In this document: positions 63,746 through 64,000 of the stretch, one piece after another
Layout: every line of letters begins with the position of its first letter
Numbering within the stretch: the first letter of the stretch is position 1
Source: Octopus sinensis
Taxonomy: Eukaryota
Direction of reading: 5' to 3'
DNA: 64,000 nt
Assembly: GCF_006345805.1 (NCBI RefSeq)
Contig: NC_042997.1
Coordinates: 96,224,001-96,288,000 of the forward strand
Notes under the pieces: generated by a model
What the model saw: only the letters and a program-made list of their open reading frames with translations
Database searches by the model: none
Told to the model about the DNA's origin: nothing
Translations under genes and position numbers: made by a program

Positions 63746-64000
63746 CTGATGCAGTACCAGACGGTGTCTCTCATGGCTTCTGATCTTAACTGATTGGAAG
63801 TGTTATCATGTACATTGTTTTATTTTGGTATAAAAGATAGGATACAGCAAATATTCTGCTTAATATCACATATTTGCTTGTCAGTTGTTTGACCTTAACC
63901 AGTTGAGCATGTCCCTTAGTGGCTGACGATATGCGCATCTCTGATCATGAGCAGAAGTAGTGGGGGAGCAACATAGCCGTGTGTTGAAAGGAATTCTTGG
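63746..64000 (+). repeat. Interspersed repeat, runs off the window edge
   Basis: gatgcagtaccag...ctcatggcttctgatcttaactgattggaagtg...cccttagtggctgacgatatg resembles a common octopus repeat (recognition only). Confidence 0.45.

Overview
AT-rich, microsatellite-dense eukaryotic DNA. The SINE and LINE families look like those of Octopus (inference from recognised repeat sequences). I found no supportable host protein-coding exon; nearly all ORFs in the track are microsatellite translations or transposon remnants. The window is dominated by Penelope-like retroelements (PLEs) with reverse transcriptase (RT) and C-terminal GIY-YIG motifs resembling the Naiad clade. These are one near-complete element with inverted terminal repeats (19538-23890), one young 5'-truncated copy (43540-47615) and two older fragments. 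At least six type I hammerhead ribozymes (HHRs) can be read directly, five with a canonical CUGANGA core and one core variant, plus several decayed ones; most sit in or next to (TA)n tracts. Two non-coding units have terminal redundancy (480 and 866 nt) and look like retrozyme-type copies of circular RNAs. One PLE fragment has a TGA at a conserved zinc-knuckle Cys, a possible selenocysteine codon. Other content: a ~3.8-4.2 kb tandem duplication with a 5S rRNA-like gene in each copy and patchy near-identity, mariner and maT remnants, MITEs, R4/Dong-type LINE fragments and many tRNA-derived SINEs.
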